This document shows, one piece after another, positions 25,886 to 39,092 of a stretch of DNA of 64,000 nt. Position 1 is the first letter of the stretch, and each line of letters starts with the position of its first letter. Both the position numbers and the translations under genes were made by a program. The DNA is from the human T2T-CHM13v2.0 reference genome, Homo sapiens: assembly GCF_009914755.1 (NCBI RefSeq), contig NC_060932.1; one strand, written 5' to 3'. The notes under the pieces were generated by a model, which searched no databases, was not told the origin of the DNA, and saw nothing but the letters and a program-made list of their open reading frames with translations.

Positions 25886-26784
25886 CTAGCTAAATTTTTG
25901 TCATATTTTTTATCCTTTCAAAAATCCAAGTCTTAGTTTTATTGATTATTTTCCTAATTTTTAAAACTCTCTGTTTGATTTATATTTGCTCAAAATTTTA
26001 CTAATCCTTTCCTTCTGCTAGCTTTGGGCTTAATTTGTTCTTTCTGTAGTTCCTTAAGGTATAAAGTTAGGTTGTTTATTTTACATCTTTCTTCATATTT
26101 AGTGTAGTCATTTAATGCTATAAACTTTTTCCTTAGTACTTCCTTCTCTGCATCCCAAAAGTTTTGGTATGTTGTGTCTCTTCTGTTGAGGTATTTTTAA
26201 AATTCTCTTTTGATTTCCTTTTTGACCAATGGTAAACTTGACATAAATATTCATTCAAATTTAAGTTGAAGCTTTCTTTTTAATGTTACTTTACATAATT
26301 TGTGAATATATTTTACACTGATCATGTCTCAGTATGAGACACAATGTTTTAAAGAATAAACAGATGAGATAAAATGGCATATTAGTAAAATAATAGTGTC
26401 AAATGTAGGTGTATATCATATAATCTGTATCACAAACAGACATAAAGATAGATATATCCACACTTCTAAAATTTGCATCTGCATATTTTTGCCTAGGTTG
26501 CTGAAATAAAATGTACTCTTGATGATTTTGGTAAACAACTAGTTTTATTATCACAGTTTGGAAAGTGGTACGAAATAGCAATTATTAATAATTGTCCTTG
26601 GTTTTTGGATAAAAATGCTATTACCTGTGGAACACAGAGTTATTGTGAAATGGTGACATTGTCTTTTACTTCTTATGGATTAATAAATCTTTATTCCAAA
26701 GGAATATGTTATAATAATAGCTTACTTTTAAAGTGCTCTATATAATGCTGCATATACTTATTTTCTCTTATAAAATATTACTCT

Positions 26785-27365
26785 CGCTTACCAAGTGCAG
26801 AATATGAAAATGGAAAAGAGTAACTTACAATGGAGGGAACTGGAAGACATATCATTAACCACATTATTAAGGTTAATATTACCAGTAATAAGTCATGAGG
26901 ATATCATCTACTTGCTGACATGATGTAATAAGGACATTTCATCTCTTGGACATTTTTTCCCCAAAATCCCTAGACCCAGTCTAATCTTTAGAAAATCATA
27001 AAGGTCAAGTTGAGGATTACGTTAGAAAAGATCTTCAATGATCACCAATGATCTTCAAAATTGTCAGAGTAATGAAAAGTTAAAGACCAAAAAACTGTCA
27101 CAGACCAGAGGAGACTAGGAGATGTAATGTCTGAACACAATGTGGTCTTCTGAATTGGCTCTTAGAACAGAAAAAAGACAATAATGAAAAAACTGGCGAA
27201 ATCCAAATAAACTTTGAAGTTTAGTTAACAGTACTTTACCAAAGATAATATACTAACTTGACTTATATAAGATGTTAACGTTAGGGGAAACTGGGGGTAA
27301 GGACTTTACACAATCTTCGCAACTTTCCTCAAAATCTAAAATTATTCCAAAAAAGATTCATTAAA
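26785..27365 (+). mobile_element. L1MC3/4-type 3'UTR
   Basis: aaggttaatattaccagtaataagtcatg...cccagtctaatc...aactgtcacagaccagaggagact...aaaactggcgaaatccaaataaa. Confidence 0.8.
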
Positions 27366-27598
27366 AATTAGAATATTAACGAGTCCTCCTCATGTTCAGA
27401 AGAAGGGAAAATAAAAGGAAATTTACATCTCTAAATTTTTACAAATAGTAATGCTATTACCAAAATTTTAGTGGAACATCTAAGTCGTTATCAAACTTTG
27501 CTTTAAATTATATATTGTTCCCATTTTCCTAGCAAGTGAACAGCAGAGAATTAGTACTCAGAATATAATGCCATATTGTAATAAGTGTTTATTTTCTA

Positions 27599-27925
<327 letters not shown>

Positions 27926-28282
27926 CTTCTGTGTGCTCAGTTCCATACAGTGTATTTAAATAGTAGGTTATAACACAGAAGTTCCTTGGTGAATGCAATT
28001 TGTGAAATAATAATACTAAGATATGTATTACACTGCTAGGTTTTGTCTTATGTCCAAAACATTCATACTGAAGTGATTACAGGCTATTCACTTATTAAAA
28101 ATACACTGACATTTTTATTTTTCCCATATCATTCAGAAATAAAACTATTTTATCCAGAAATTTGCTGCCAAGAAAAATGCCAAAATATGTCCTTGAATAA
28201 TTAATATTTTGGAAAACATTAATAGTTATGTAATAATTTCATCCTTAATACTACATTGATATATATAAATAAATGATATAAA

Positions 28283-28470
28283 TAAATGCTGCCTCATTTT
28301 AGGGTCCATTCTGAACACCCAATCTAAGGCAATCCCCTCACCATCTAGACTGCTTATTATTTTAATATCTATGTATTTTTAGTACTTATCATAATTTTTT
28401 GTTGAACATTTCAGAAAAAGTTATTTAAACTGTGCCTAGAACACAGTTAATGCTTTAAATTACTTGTAGT
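28283..28470 (+). repeat. Left arm of ~190-bp inverted duplication (L2-derived)
   Basis: Reverse complement of 29275-29466; about 22 mismatches and 2 indels by hand alignment. Confidence 0.92.
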
Positions 28471-28475
28471 ATTCA

Positions 28476-28852
28476 TATATAAATATATATTAATATATAA
28501 ACATATATTTATATATATTTAAATATATATTAATATATAAACATATATTTATATATATTTAAATATATATTAATATATAAACATATATTTATATATATTT
28601 AAATATATATTTATAAATGTATAGATAATAAACATATATTTAATATTTATATTAAATATATATTTAAATATATATTTAATATTTATATATTTATAAATAT
28701 ATATTGATATATTTTTACAGGATTTTATACTTATATATTATATTTATATATTATATTATATATATTTATATATTATTTTATTTTATATTTATATATTATA
28801 TATAATTACATATAAATTATATATTTATAATATATAAATATATATATATATT
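28476..28852. repeat. AT-rich minisatellite/low complexity; three perfect 40-bp units at 28481-28600
   Basis: aaatatatattaatatataaacatatatttatatatattt x3. Confidence 0.95.
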
Positions 28853-29119
28853 AGGGTATCTAAATATTTCCATACCAATGTGTAGACTCAAAAAACTAGT
28901 TCTAAAAATTAATGTGTTATTGCTGACAGTAGAAAGTAACACCATATAAAAGGGGTACTAATCACGATATCTAATTCACACAAGTCTCTTATACTGCAGC
29001 ATAGCCCTCAAATGTAATTAGATACTATAATTTATATAACTTTAACTTCTAATTTATATGATATGTTTTGCTTACATTGATGTGGTGAAATCACATAATT
29101 TTATAAATATGCATTCATT

Positions 29120-29530
29120 TAATAATTTGTTTATTTAATAAATATTCATTGAGTTCTTATAAGGTATAGGCTTTGTCTAGGCTTTCAGGATATAATGGTG
29201 AAAAAAAATAAACAAGTGTCTAACCCTCAAGAACTTAAAAATCTGTGGGAAAAGTAAATAGGAAACTTTTAAAAATTACAAATAATTTAAAATATTAACT
29301 ATGTTCTAGGCACAGTTTAAATAGCTTTTCCTAAAATACTCAAAAATAAATTGTGATAAGTAATAAAAATATATAGAATATTAAAATAATAATGAGCAGT
29401 CTAGATTGTGAGGGGATTACTTTATATTGGGTGTTCAGAATAAACCTTAAAATGAGGCAGCATTTACTGAAGGAAAGGTGAAAAAAGTTAGCCATGCTAA
29501 AAGCAGTAAAAAATATTCTAGAAAATGTTA
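29120..29530 (-). mobile_element. L2 3' region containing the right arm (29275-29466) of the inverted duplication
   Basis: ttatttaataaatattcattgag...aaacaagtgtctaaccctcaagaactt; aagttagccatgc. Confidence 0.65.
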
Positions 29531-29695
29531 TTATTACAGGCACCTAACTTAATAAACGAGAGATTAAAATGTGTAATGACTAGAAGGAATGTTATAGGAA
29601 CAGGTTTTATCATAAGACTTCATTATCACTGGCCTTGGTAAACAAAAGAGATTAGAATTTTCAAGGACAAGTGGGTGGAGACTTAAAACATGGAT

Positions 29696-29765
29696 GTTGT
29701 GCAAGTGTACCCTAGAATTTAAAGTATAATAATAATAATAATAATAAAAGAAGCCAAAAAAAAGA
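29696..29765 (+). mobile_element. Extremely 5'-truncated L1PA (about 35 bp plus tail)
   Basis: tgttgtgcaagtgtaccctagaatttaaagtataat(aat)n...; possible TSD aaaacatgg/aaagcatgg. Confidence 0.75.
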
Positions 29766-29779
29766 AAGCATGGGGAAAG

Positions 29780-29970
29780 TCTTAGCATGCGCTTAGTATG
29801 TGCGAGACATACTACATTATTTATATGGGTTATCTTATTTAGATCTTACATCCACAGAATGTGGTTTTAAAAACCAGGTGAATATTTCAAAGGTTACATA
29901 ACTTGCTAAAAGCCATAAAGCTAGTTTAAGAGATTTATCCAGGATTCCAAACCAGCAGCCTAATCATCAC
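29780..29970 (-). mobile_element. MIR SINE
   Basis: aaaggttacataacttgctaaaagccataaagctagt...ccaggattccaaacc. Confidence 0.6.
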
Positions 29971-31149
29971 AATTATCATATCATCACAGTGACTGCCGTC
30001 ATTTTATTACTATTAACTGCAGATTTCTATCTGAATGTTTTTGTCAGTCTCCATGTTTTAGAACTCTCTTGAATCACTCCAGTGGAGATTCTCCTAATAT
30101 TTCTATGTTTTCAAAATTTCAAAAACAAATTGTTGAGATTAATTAGTAAGGGTCTGGGAAGACTTGGCTTTGATAACTAACATTAAATAAGACAAAAAAG
30201 AAAAAATTAGCAAATTCTATAAACTCTCTCAAGGAAGATCTTTTAGCAAAAACTTAATAGCCAGTTCTATTGTTTACATATTGATTTGTGGGTGTTTACT
30301 TATCTGTTTATCAATGAAGAGTCATAATCTACAAAGTATATTCTGCAGTTTTCAAACCAATTATTGTTCTTTGTTTGAGTTTTCTAGCAAGAATCTTAGT
30401 TGGCTTGAATAATAAGTTTTCAAAATCTTTATGTATGACTGAAGCAAGCTTGTCTAAATCTTTTAGAATTTGAACATGTTGGGTTCATGTAGAAATAAAT
30501 AAACAATTGCCACGTAACTGTTTCTTTTAGGTAGAAACCAAAGAACTCTGACAGAAGTTATTTCTGTTTTGAAGAATTATTATAATTTTTTTAAAAAAAA
30601 TTCTGTTTTGATTTAGAGATAAAAGACCTTTGAAAAAATTCCAAACAGCTTCACATAAGCTTCAGAGTTTGAGAAAGCTTACCTCGCTGAATTAAACATT
30701 AGATACTTTTGATGTGTGAGTGTTTCTTCCTCAATCTTCGAAAGAGCCTTGCTTAAATATTTAAGCCACAGTATACAGTGTCAAGTTTAAAAAGAAGAAC
30801 TTTTACATCGAACTTGAAAATAATAAATTCAAGCTTCAGTTAAGCATTTGGATGGATTTGGGAAGCATCACAGGGACTCATGCAGGTGATGGTCTGGTAG
30901 AATTAGAAGTAATGTTTTCCTTCATACATACACTTTGCAATAAGTCTGAAGCAAATGCAGACCATTTTTCTCCTAGGATTCTTCACAGTTTCTGCCATTA
31001 GTCATACCAAGCATATGGAAATAGAAATATAAATTTTAATGTAGCATGTATTTCCAGAGGATGTAGGGCTATGATAGGAGAACCTCTTTTACTGTCTATT
31101 CTTAAGTCATTAAACAACATGACTATCATGGTGTTCAGTAAATTCACTT

Positions 31150-31880
31150 TTCCAGTCTGACCTCCCTCCTAAATTGCTCATCTCACATATTAACAGGGCA
31201 GAGCAGTTCCTTTTTACCTCAAATTCTTGAAATAAATTAAGACACCATCTCTAAGTATTTCATTTTCACCTCCTATTTTCCTATGAGTACAACAAATTGG
31301 AAAATTTAAAGACATTTTTAATACTCTTTTCTTTCAAATATACATTGTCATCATTTCTAGATATTATTCTTTACACAAATGTGTTGATTCATCCATTCTG
31401 ACCCATTCTCACCATAATCAAGAGTCCTACCACTTCACAATAGTTTTATTGGAACATCCTGTTAGCTAGGCTAAGATTATTTTATTCTTTTCTAAATGAC
31501 TCTAAAAGTGTTACTAGATTATTTTAGTAGTTACTTTTAAAAGCGCTTTGTAAAACAGTTGCAGTCTAAGCTTTCATTCCATATTCATGAAACCCTTTTC
31601 TAACTATTGTAACAAATCCTAAAACTATATCTCTTACAAACAAATATTTAAGGTATTCTTTAATTCAATATACATTTGTTTACACCTTCTTCATATCAGT
31701 CATAGGCATGATGTACCCCCAAACTATTTATGTGTCCTTCACACAGAATATTTGTGTGGATCTTGTCCCTGTGGAGTTTAACCATGGAGTCACGACAAAG
31801 TATAACCTCAGTGCTTAGCACATGGCTATAAACATATTAAACACCCGATAAATATTTGTTGAAATAATGAATGAATGCAT
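31150..31880 (+). mobile_element. L2
   Basis: 3' end cagtgcttagcacatggc...ataaatatttgttgaaataatgaatgaatg. Confidence 0.7.
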
Positions 31881-31959
31881 AGAGAAATAATGGTGAAATG
31901 ATTGATTTGAAAAGGTAACAACAGAAAGCTGTGTGTACAAAGGTAGCATGAAAGACCGG

Positions 31960-32560
31960 AAAACTGATTTTCTCTAGGTACTTAAGAAAGGCTTCATTAC
32001 TTGATATTGAAGCTAAGTCTCAAAGGGTAATAGATGCTAAGGGCATTTCAGGCAATGGATATATGTAAAATTCCCAATCATAAAGTAACCTAGAGGTTTG
32101 AGAACCAGCAATCATTCTGCGATTTTGTAGGCTTCAGGGACCGCAACAGTCAAGTAGTGGTAGGTGGGATTTTAGTCACCAGAGCTCATCTGTGACTATG
32201 GCTGTAGCGTTTCTAAAAGGAATAAAAACAAAAGATTCAGTTTTAAAAAGAAAATTCAGGCAGTGGGGGGTGGGTTCGCGGGGCTACAATAGAGTGACAA
32301 TAAATTATGCACAGAAGAAACCAGTAAAACACATACGTATTTATCCAGTCAAGACCTGATGAGATAATGAGATGAGATGGTGGCATGAGCATTAGAGTGG
32401 ATGAAGCAGAATTGACAGGTTTCTAAGTTAGAATAAAAGGGAAGAAGGATTTGCAGATGGAACTTGAGGGAAGGGGTTAAATATAGGAAGAACTGTAATT
32501 TTCTGCCTTGCATAACTCAGCAAAGATTTATGCTCTTAAAAATAAGTGGATAGAACGTGC
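31960..32560 (-). mobile_element. L2 fragment
   Basis: aagaaaggcttc...gaagctaagtctcaaagg...gcatttcaggca; ttttaaaaagaaaattcaggcagtg. Confidence 0.5.
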
Positions 32561-32744
32561 AAAATGTATTTAAACATTTCCCGTGGAATTGATTGCTCCA
32601 AATTGGATTGTAAGCCTAATGGAAGTTTAAACCAAATATTATACTTGTTTTATGTGGATTAAAACTTACATTAACAAAAAACTTGAAACTTTCTGTAACT
32701 TCACATTCTGGTATATACTAGGTTGCCAATTCAAAGAGTATATT

Positions 32745-32930
32745 ATATAGTATTTATAAGTGTTTAAGAGAATGGGCTTAAGAATAATATGAACTTAGAT
32801 TCATATAGGTTAAGTCTTGATTTCTTCATCTGTGAATTGATGACAATAGTCACTACTTCTTATAATATTTGGGCGGATTAAATGAGAAAACAGATGTAAA
32901 ATTATAGTAACCACTCAAAATATTATTTAA
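32745..32930 (+). mobile_element. MIR SINE
   Basis: tttcttcatctgtgaattgatgacaatagt...ggattaaatgagaaaacagatgtaaa. Confidence 0.65.
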
Positions 32931-34244
32931 TATAAGTATTAATGAGTAATAATATTTATATTAGTATAATATTAATATTTATCAATAATGTATAATAGAA
33001 ATATTTACATTTTTAAGCATTATAATTAAATTTTTTAAACAAAGAATAATTACCAAAAGTTTTTTATTTTTAATAATTTACATAAATTTTCTGCTTCATA
33101 GTACAAATACAATCATTTCTGGAAACTAAAATGTTAATCTTAATATTTTCTCCAAAATTATAGTTTGCCAAACATTTTCTTGGAAAGAAATATTGACTCA
33201 TAAAATTGCTATCCAAAATGATTGTTTAAATTGCTATAAATGTTTGCATAATGCTTTCAATTTAGAAAAGGTTAGAGAGATTCACTACAGAGAATTATAT
33301 TTGCATCACAATTTTAAAGAAAATTTGAGGCAAGAAAGAGTTGCGTTAACTGAAAAAGCCTTTTCTAAATATTGGAAAAAAAGGTTAAGTTTGAGGGCCT
33401 TGAAACAAGAAAGCTCATTACCTCTTTTAATAAGATGCTTTAGGAGGTTTACCGTGAGCCTCTCTGTGAGTGTGGAGAAAAAACTACATGGTGGAAATTT
33501 CAACACCTTGACAATCAATGTAGGAATGTCCTGGAAGACATGAAACATCAATATTTTTTGGTGCTTTCAAGCTTACATTGAAAATAGATTAAAACACATT
33601 ATAAAGAAAAGATGAAAATTAACAGCGCATAACACAATACTTAAACACAGAATCATTGGTGTGAGAAAAATTTAAAAATTACTTTATTTAAATTACGTAA
33701 ATTCTTGCCCTAGAGATAAAATACTATGATTGTCTTTAATCTGGATAGAGGGTAAAGGAAGCCACTGAAGAGACAGCAAATAACAAAATGTAGTAAAAAT
33801 AATCTCAATAAAATTAAATTCAATAATATATTATATATAACATATATCTGGTATGAAGATAATGAATTAAGGCAGAACATTTAAAAGTATTAACTAGTTC
33901 AGGTGTATATTTTTCAACTGTCACAGAGATATCTTTAAGGTGATTGAGAAGCAGTGATAAGTATTGCAAACCACTAAATACAAACTTGTGAAGTTATTTA
34001 CTGAATTCATTCATCTTTCTTAGTAATTTTTTGGTAGTATCTTTGAAGCAGATGATAACAAAGGTTCATTTGTTTAGTTTTTAGTTTCCTCCTCCTCATA
34101 TGATTATCATAATGTTTTATGAATTGTTGACACAGCTGTAAAACACAGATTATTATGTAAGAAAAATACCTAAATACCTATGAATGCAAGTAATTATAAC
34201 CATTACTATGAAAAATAAAATATAAATGAGTTTCAGAAAACAAC

Positions 34245-36136
34245 TTACAAGGGCAAGGAGACGGGGTCATCTCCATGCTTTCCTTGTTCACTGTTGCAAA
34301 CACAGCAGAGACTCTTCTCACTGGGGGTGGATGTATGCACTTGGAGAAAGCCATTCCAGCCCTTCCTGTGGCAGTTCTATCCCAGTTGAAAGTGAGTTTG
34401 TGCAGCTAGTTCTTGCATGAAGGATAGTGCTCAATTCCTGCTTCCTACACAGAGTAACAGCATCCCAGCAACAGAGGCAGACAAGCCAGAGTAGTCAGTT
34501 CTGGACTATGAGAAAAGGCTCTGCCCTGAGCCCAGTTAGGTGAAAGCTGCTAGAGGGGCATATTTGTAGTCCACAGCCACACAGGACGAAGTCTGTATAA
34601 ACTGAAAGTCCTGAGCCCTGTGACAGGGGTGTGATAGGGAAGTGGATTGAATTATTGTCTTCCCACAATGAGGAGGTGTTGCATTCCCCAAGTCCAGCCC
34701 AGAATACCTTAGCACACTCCAACACAATCTCCCACCACCACTGGCCACATGAGAGCAGGTGCTTCTACTCATCATCACCTACCTGAGGGCAATCAAGCTC
34801 TTACAATTAACTGCCACCTACTGAACTGAAGCTTGAACTGCACAACCAAATAAAAAACTTGCTTCCAGAAGTGCATAGTGCTAGTGCAGTAGATAAGCAT
34901 CCTGATACCTGCACATTCTCAGCCCTGCAGGAGAGAATTGTTGGTTCATGCATCCAATCTACTGCGAAACAAGTAGTATCAACGAAAACCACCAAACAAA
35001 CAAACAAAAACCCCAACCAAGGAACCCATACAAATACTTGGCCTTCTAAAACAACCTAGAAATAAAGTTAAACAATCATACAAAACATAAACTACAGTCA
35101 TACCCTCATGGGAAAAAAAGAATTTAAAAATATAAAAGTCCCATTCAAACAATAGCAGATTCAAAAATAAGAAGGAACAGCTCCTTCAGATGAGATGGAA
35201 TTAGTGCAAGAATTCCAGCAGTGCAAAAAACAGAGTATAGTGATACCTCCAAAGGATTATACTAGCTCTCTAGTAATGACTCTTAATCAAAATAAAAAGT
35301 CTGAAATGACAGATAAATAAATCAAAATATGGACTGCCAGGAAACTCAATAAGATAAAAGAGAAAGTTGAAAACCAGCACATACAAAAACAGAAAAACAA
35401 TTTAGGATATGAAAGATGGAATAGCTATATTAAAATAATAGAACTTCTGGAATTGACAAATTAACTAAGTGAATTTCAAAATATAGTTGGAAGCTTTAAC
35501 AATAGACTAGACCAAGCAGAAGAAAGAATTTTAGAGATTGAAGAGTGGTCTTTTGAATAAAGCCAGTCAGACCAAAATAAATAAAAAAGAATTTTAAAAA
35601 ATGAATATAGACTTCAAGAAATATGGGATTATGTAAAGTGACTGTACCTATGACTTATAGGCATTATTGAAAGAGAATAAGAAAAAATAAGCAATGTGAA
35701 AAATATATTTAGGAGAATAATCCAGAAAAAATTCCCTAATCTTGCTAGAGAGGTGGATATCCAGATTCAAGAAATTCAGAGAACACTTGTGAGATACTAA
35801 ATGAGATAAGCATCACAAAGGCATATGGTCATCAGACTATCCAAAGTCAATGATAAAAAAAAATCTTAAGGGCATCTACAGAAAAAGAACAAATTATTTA
35901 TAAAGGAAATCCTATCAGATTAGTAGTAAACTTTGCAACAGAAACCTTAAAAGCCAGACAAAATTGGGAGCCTATTTTTATCCTTCTTAAAGAAAAAAAA
36001 ATATCAGCCAAGAATTTTATATCTGGCCAAACTAAGCTTCCTAAATAAAGAAGAAATAAGGTCTTTCTCAGTCAAGCAAATGCTAAGGGAATTTATCACC
36101 ACCTGACCAGATTAGAAGCCCACTAGCTAGATTAAC

Positions 36137-36171
<35 letters not shown>

Positions 36172-39092
36172 AGAAAGAGAGAAGGTTCAAATAAGTATAG
36201 TCAGAAATAATAAAGATGACATTATAACTGATAAAACAGAAATACAAAAGATTCTCAGAGACTATAAATATCTCTATGCACATACACTAGAAAACCTAGA
36301 GGAAGTGGATAAGTTCCTGAAAACACACCACCTTCAAAACGTGAACTAGGAAGAAACTGAAATCCTAAACAGACCAATAATGATTTATGAAATTGAATCA
36401 GTAATAAAAAACCTACCAACCAAAAAAGCCCTGAACTAGATGAAATCAAAGCCAAATTTACCAAAAGCACAAAAAAGAGTTGGTATCAATCTTACCGCAC
36501 TATTGCAAAAAATTTAGGAGAAGGGATTCCTTCCTAACACATTTCACAAAACTAGTTTTATTCTTATATCAAAATCTGGCAAGGACACAACAAAAAAGAA
36601 AACTACAGGCTAATATCCCTGATCAATATAGACACAAAAATTGACAATAAAATACCTGCAAACTAAATTTAATAGCACATCAAAAAGATAATCTATCATG
36701 ATCAAGTGAGTTTTATTCTAGGGATGTGAAGATGGTTCAACATGTGCAAATTGATAAATGTGATTCACAACATAAACAAAAATAAAACCAAAACCATATG
36801 GTCATCTAAATAGATGCAGAAAAAACATTTGATAAAACCAAACATCACTTTATGATAAAAGCCCTCAACAAACTAGGCATCAAAGAAACATACTTCAAAT
36901 TAATAAGAGCCATATATGACAAATAACAGCCAACATCATACTGAATCAGGAAAAGTTGAAAGTATTTCCCCTAAGAACTAGTACAAGACAAGCACTCTTA
37001 CTACTCCTATTCAACACAGTACTGAAAGTGCCACTCAGAGCAATCAGACAAGAGAAAGAAATAAAAGGAATCAAAAGGAGAAAAGAAGAATTCAAGATAT
37101 CCTGTTCACTGATGGCAAAATCCTATAGCAAGAAAAATCCTAAAGATTTCTACAAAAGAGTCTTCAATTTGGTAAAGGATTTCAGCAAAGTTTCAGGATA
37201 CAAAATTAATGCACAAAAATCAGTCACATTTCTGTACATCAACACTCAAGCTGAGAACGAAATCAAGAACTCAATCCCATTTACAATAGTCACAAAATAG
37301 TAACATACCAAGACATAATTTAATGAAGGAGATGAAAGACCTCTACAAGGAGAACTACAAAACACTGATGAAATAAATCACAGATGACACAAAGAGAAAA
37401 ACGTTCCATGCTTATAGACAGGAATAATCAATATCATTAAAATGTCTATATAGCCCAAAGCAATCTACAGATTCAATGTAATTCTATAAAATTGCCAACA
37501 TAATTTTTCACAGAATTAGAAAAAACTATTCAAAAATTCATATGGAACTAAAAAAATCCTGAATAGCTACAGTGATTATAAGAGAAAAGAACAAAGCTGG
37601 AGGCATTACAATAGCTGACTCCAAACTGTACTACAAGGCTGTAGTATCCAAAACAGTATGGTACTGGTACAAAAATAGAGAAACAAATGAATGGAACAGA
37701 ATAGAAAACCAAGAAGTAAAGCCATACACCTACAACTAACTAATCTTTGAAAAAGTTAGTTGTAAAATGAACAATGGGGAAGGGACACTCTATTCAATAA
37801 ATAGTGCTGGGAAATCTGGCTAGGCATATGCAGAAAAATGAAACTGAACCTCTACCTCTTGACGTGTACAAAAATTAACTCAAAATGGATTAAATACATA
37901 AATGTGAGACCTGAAACTATAAAAATTCTAGAAGAAGGCCTATGAAAAACTCTTCTGGACATTGGCATAGGCAAAGAAATTATAACTAAGACCTCAAAAG
38001 CAAATGCAAGAAAAACAAAAAAAGACAAATGCAACTATGAAATGAAGTAGCTTCTGCACAGCAAAAGAAACTCTCAAGAGAGTGAACAGTCAACTTGGAG
38101 AATGAGAGATAATATTTGCAAAATATGAGTGTGACAAAGGACTAATATCTGGAATCTATAAGGAATTTAAACAAATCAAGAAGAAGAAACCAAATAACCC
38201 CATTAAAAACAGAATATAACATGTACATAAACATGTACATAACATGAACACAACATGTACATAAACAGGCACTTTACAAACGAAGACCAACAAGTGGCCA
38301 GCAAATTTATGAAGAAACCTCAACATTACTAATCATCAGGGAAATACAAATTAAAATGAGATTCAGATGGTATCTGCTACCCTTCAGAATGGCTATTATT
38401 AAAAAGTCAAAAAATAACAGATGTTGTCAAGGATGCAGAGAAAAGGAAGCTCTTATACACTGTTGTTGGGAATGTAAATTAGTTTATTAGTAAATGTAAA
38501 TTAATTCATCCCTATTGAAAATGATATAAAGATTTCTCCGAGAACTAAAAATAGAACTAACATTTGACCCAGCAGTCCCACCACTGGGTATCTACCCAAA
38601 GGAAAATAAACAATTTTATCAGAAAGACACCTGTACTTGTATGTTTATTGCAGCACTATTCACAATAGTGCAGTCATGGAATCAACCTAAGTGTCCATCA
38701 GTGGTGGATTGGATACAGAAAATATGGTATATATACACCATGGAATACTATACAGCCATAAAAAAGAATAAAATCATGTCCTTCACAGCAACATGGATGG
38801 AGTGGGAGGCCCTTATCCTAAGTGAAATAACTCAAAAATAGAAAATCTGATATCACGTTTCACTTATAAGCGGGAGCAAATTAATAGGTACACAGGGACA
38901 TTAAGATGGAAATAGTAGACACTGAGACCACAAAAGACAGGATGATGAAAGAGGAAAAAGGATTTAAAAACGACCTATGGGGCACCTTGTTCACTATTTG
39001 GGTACTGAATTCACTAGGTGGCCAAATATCACCATTACACAATGTGTCCATGTAATAAATCTGCGCATATATCCCCTGAATCTAAAATCTAA
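34245..39092 (+). mobile_element. Near-full-length L1PB/L1PA16-type LINE: 5'UTR, ORF1, ORF2 lacking EN, 3'UTR; disrupted
   Basis: GC-richer 5'UTR; ORF1 gaaatatgggattatgtaaag; ORF2 remnants 36956-37300 (FPLRTSTRQ...[10 protein letters not shown]) and 38641-38841 (WNQPKCPS); 3' end catgtaataaatctgc...cccctgaatctaaaat. Confidence 0.93.
36138..36168. repeat. A31 homopolymer within L1 ORF2
   Basis: Read directly. Confidence 0.95.

Larger units (their letters stand above)
20820..26230 (-). mobile_element. L1MA (L1MA8/9-like) 3'UTR and ORF2, antisense, split by THE1D and a nested L1
   Basis: gtaaaatgatcaccacaatcaagctaattaacatatc 3'UTR; ORF 21328-21603(-) YDPANPLVGI...WNQPKCP is the ORF2 C-terminus; sequence resumes after 24894. 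Confidence 0.9.

Noticed and set aside
28481-28600. Regular ~40-bp repeats here and at 21241 and 58201 resembling a CRISPR array
   Set aside because: The copies are directly adjacent with no unique spacers, there are no cas genes, and the context is primate DNA.
33193-33543. 116-aa ORF in apparently unique DNA
   Set aside because: Non-ATG start, no recognisable domain, no convincing splice signals; chance length.
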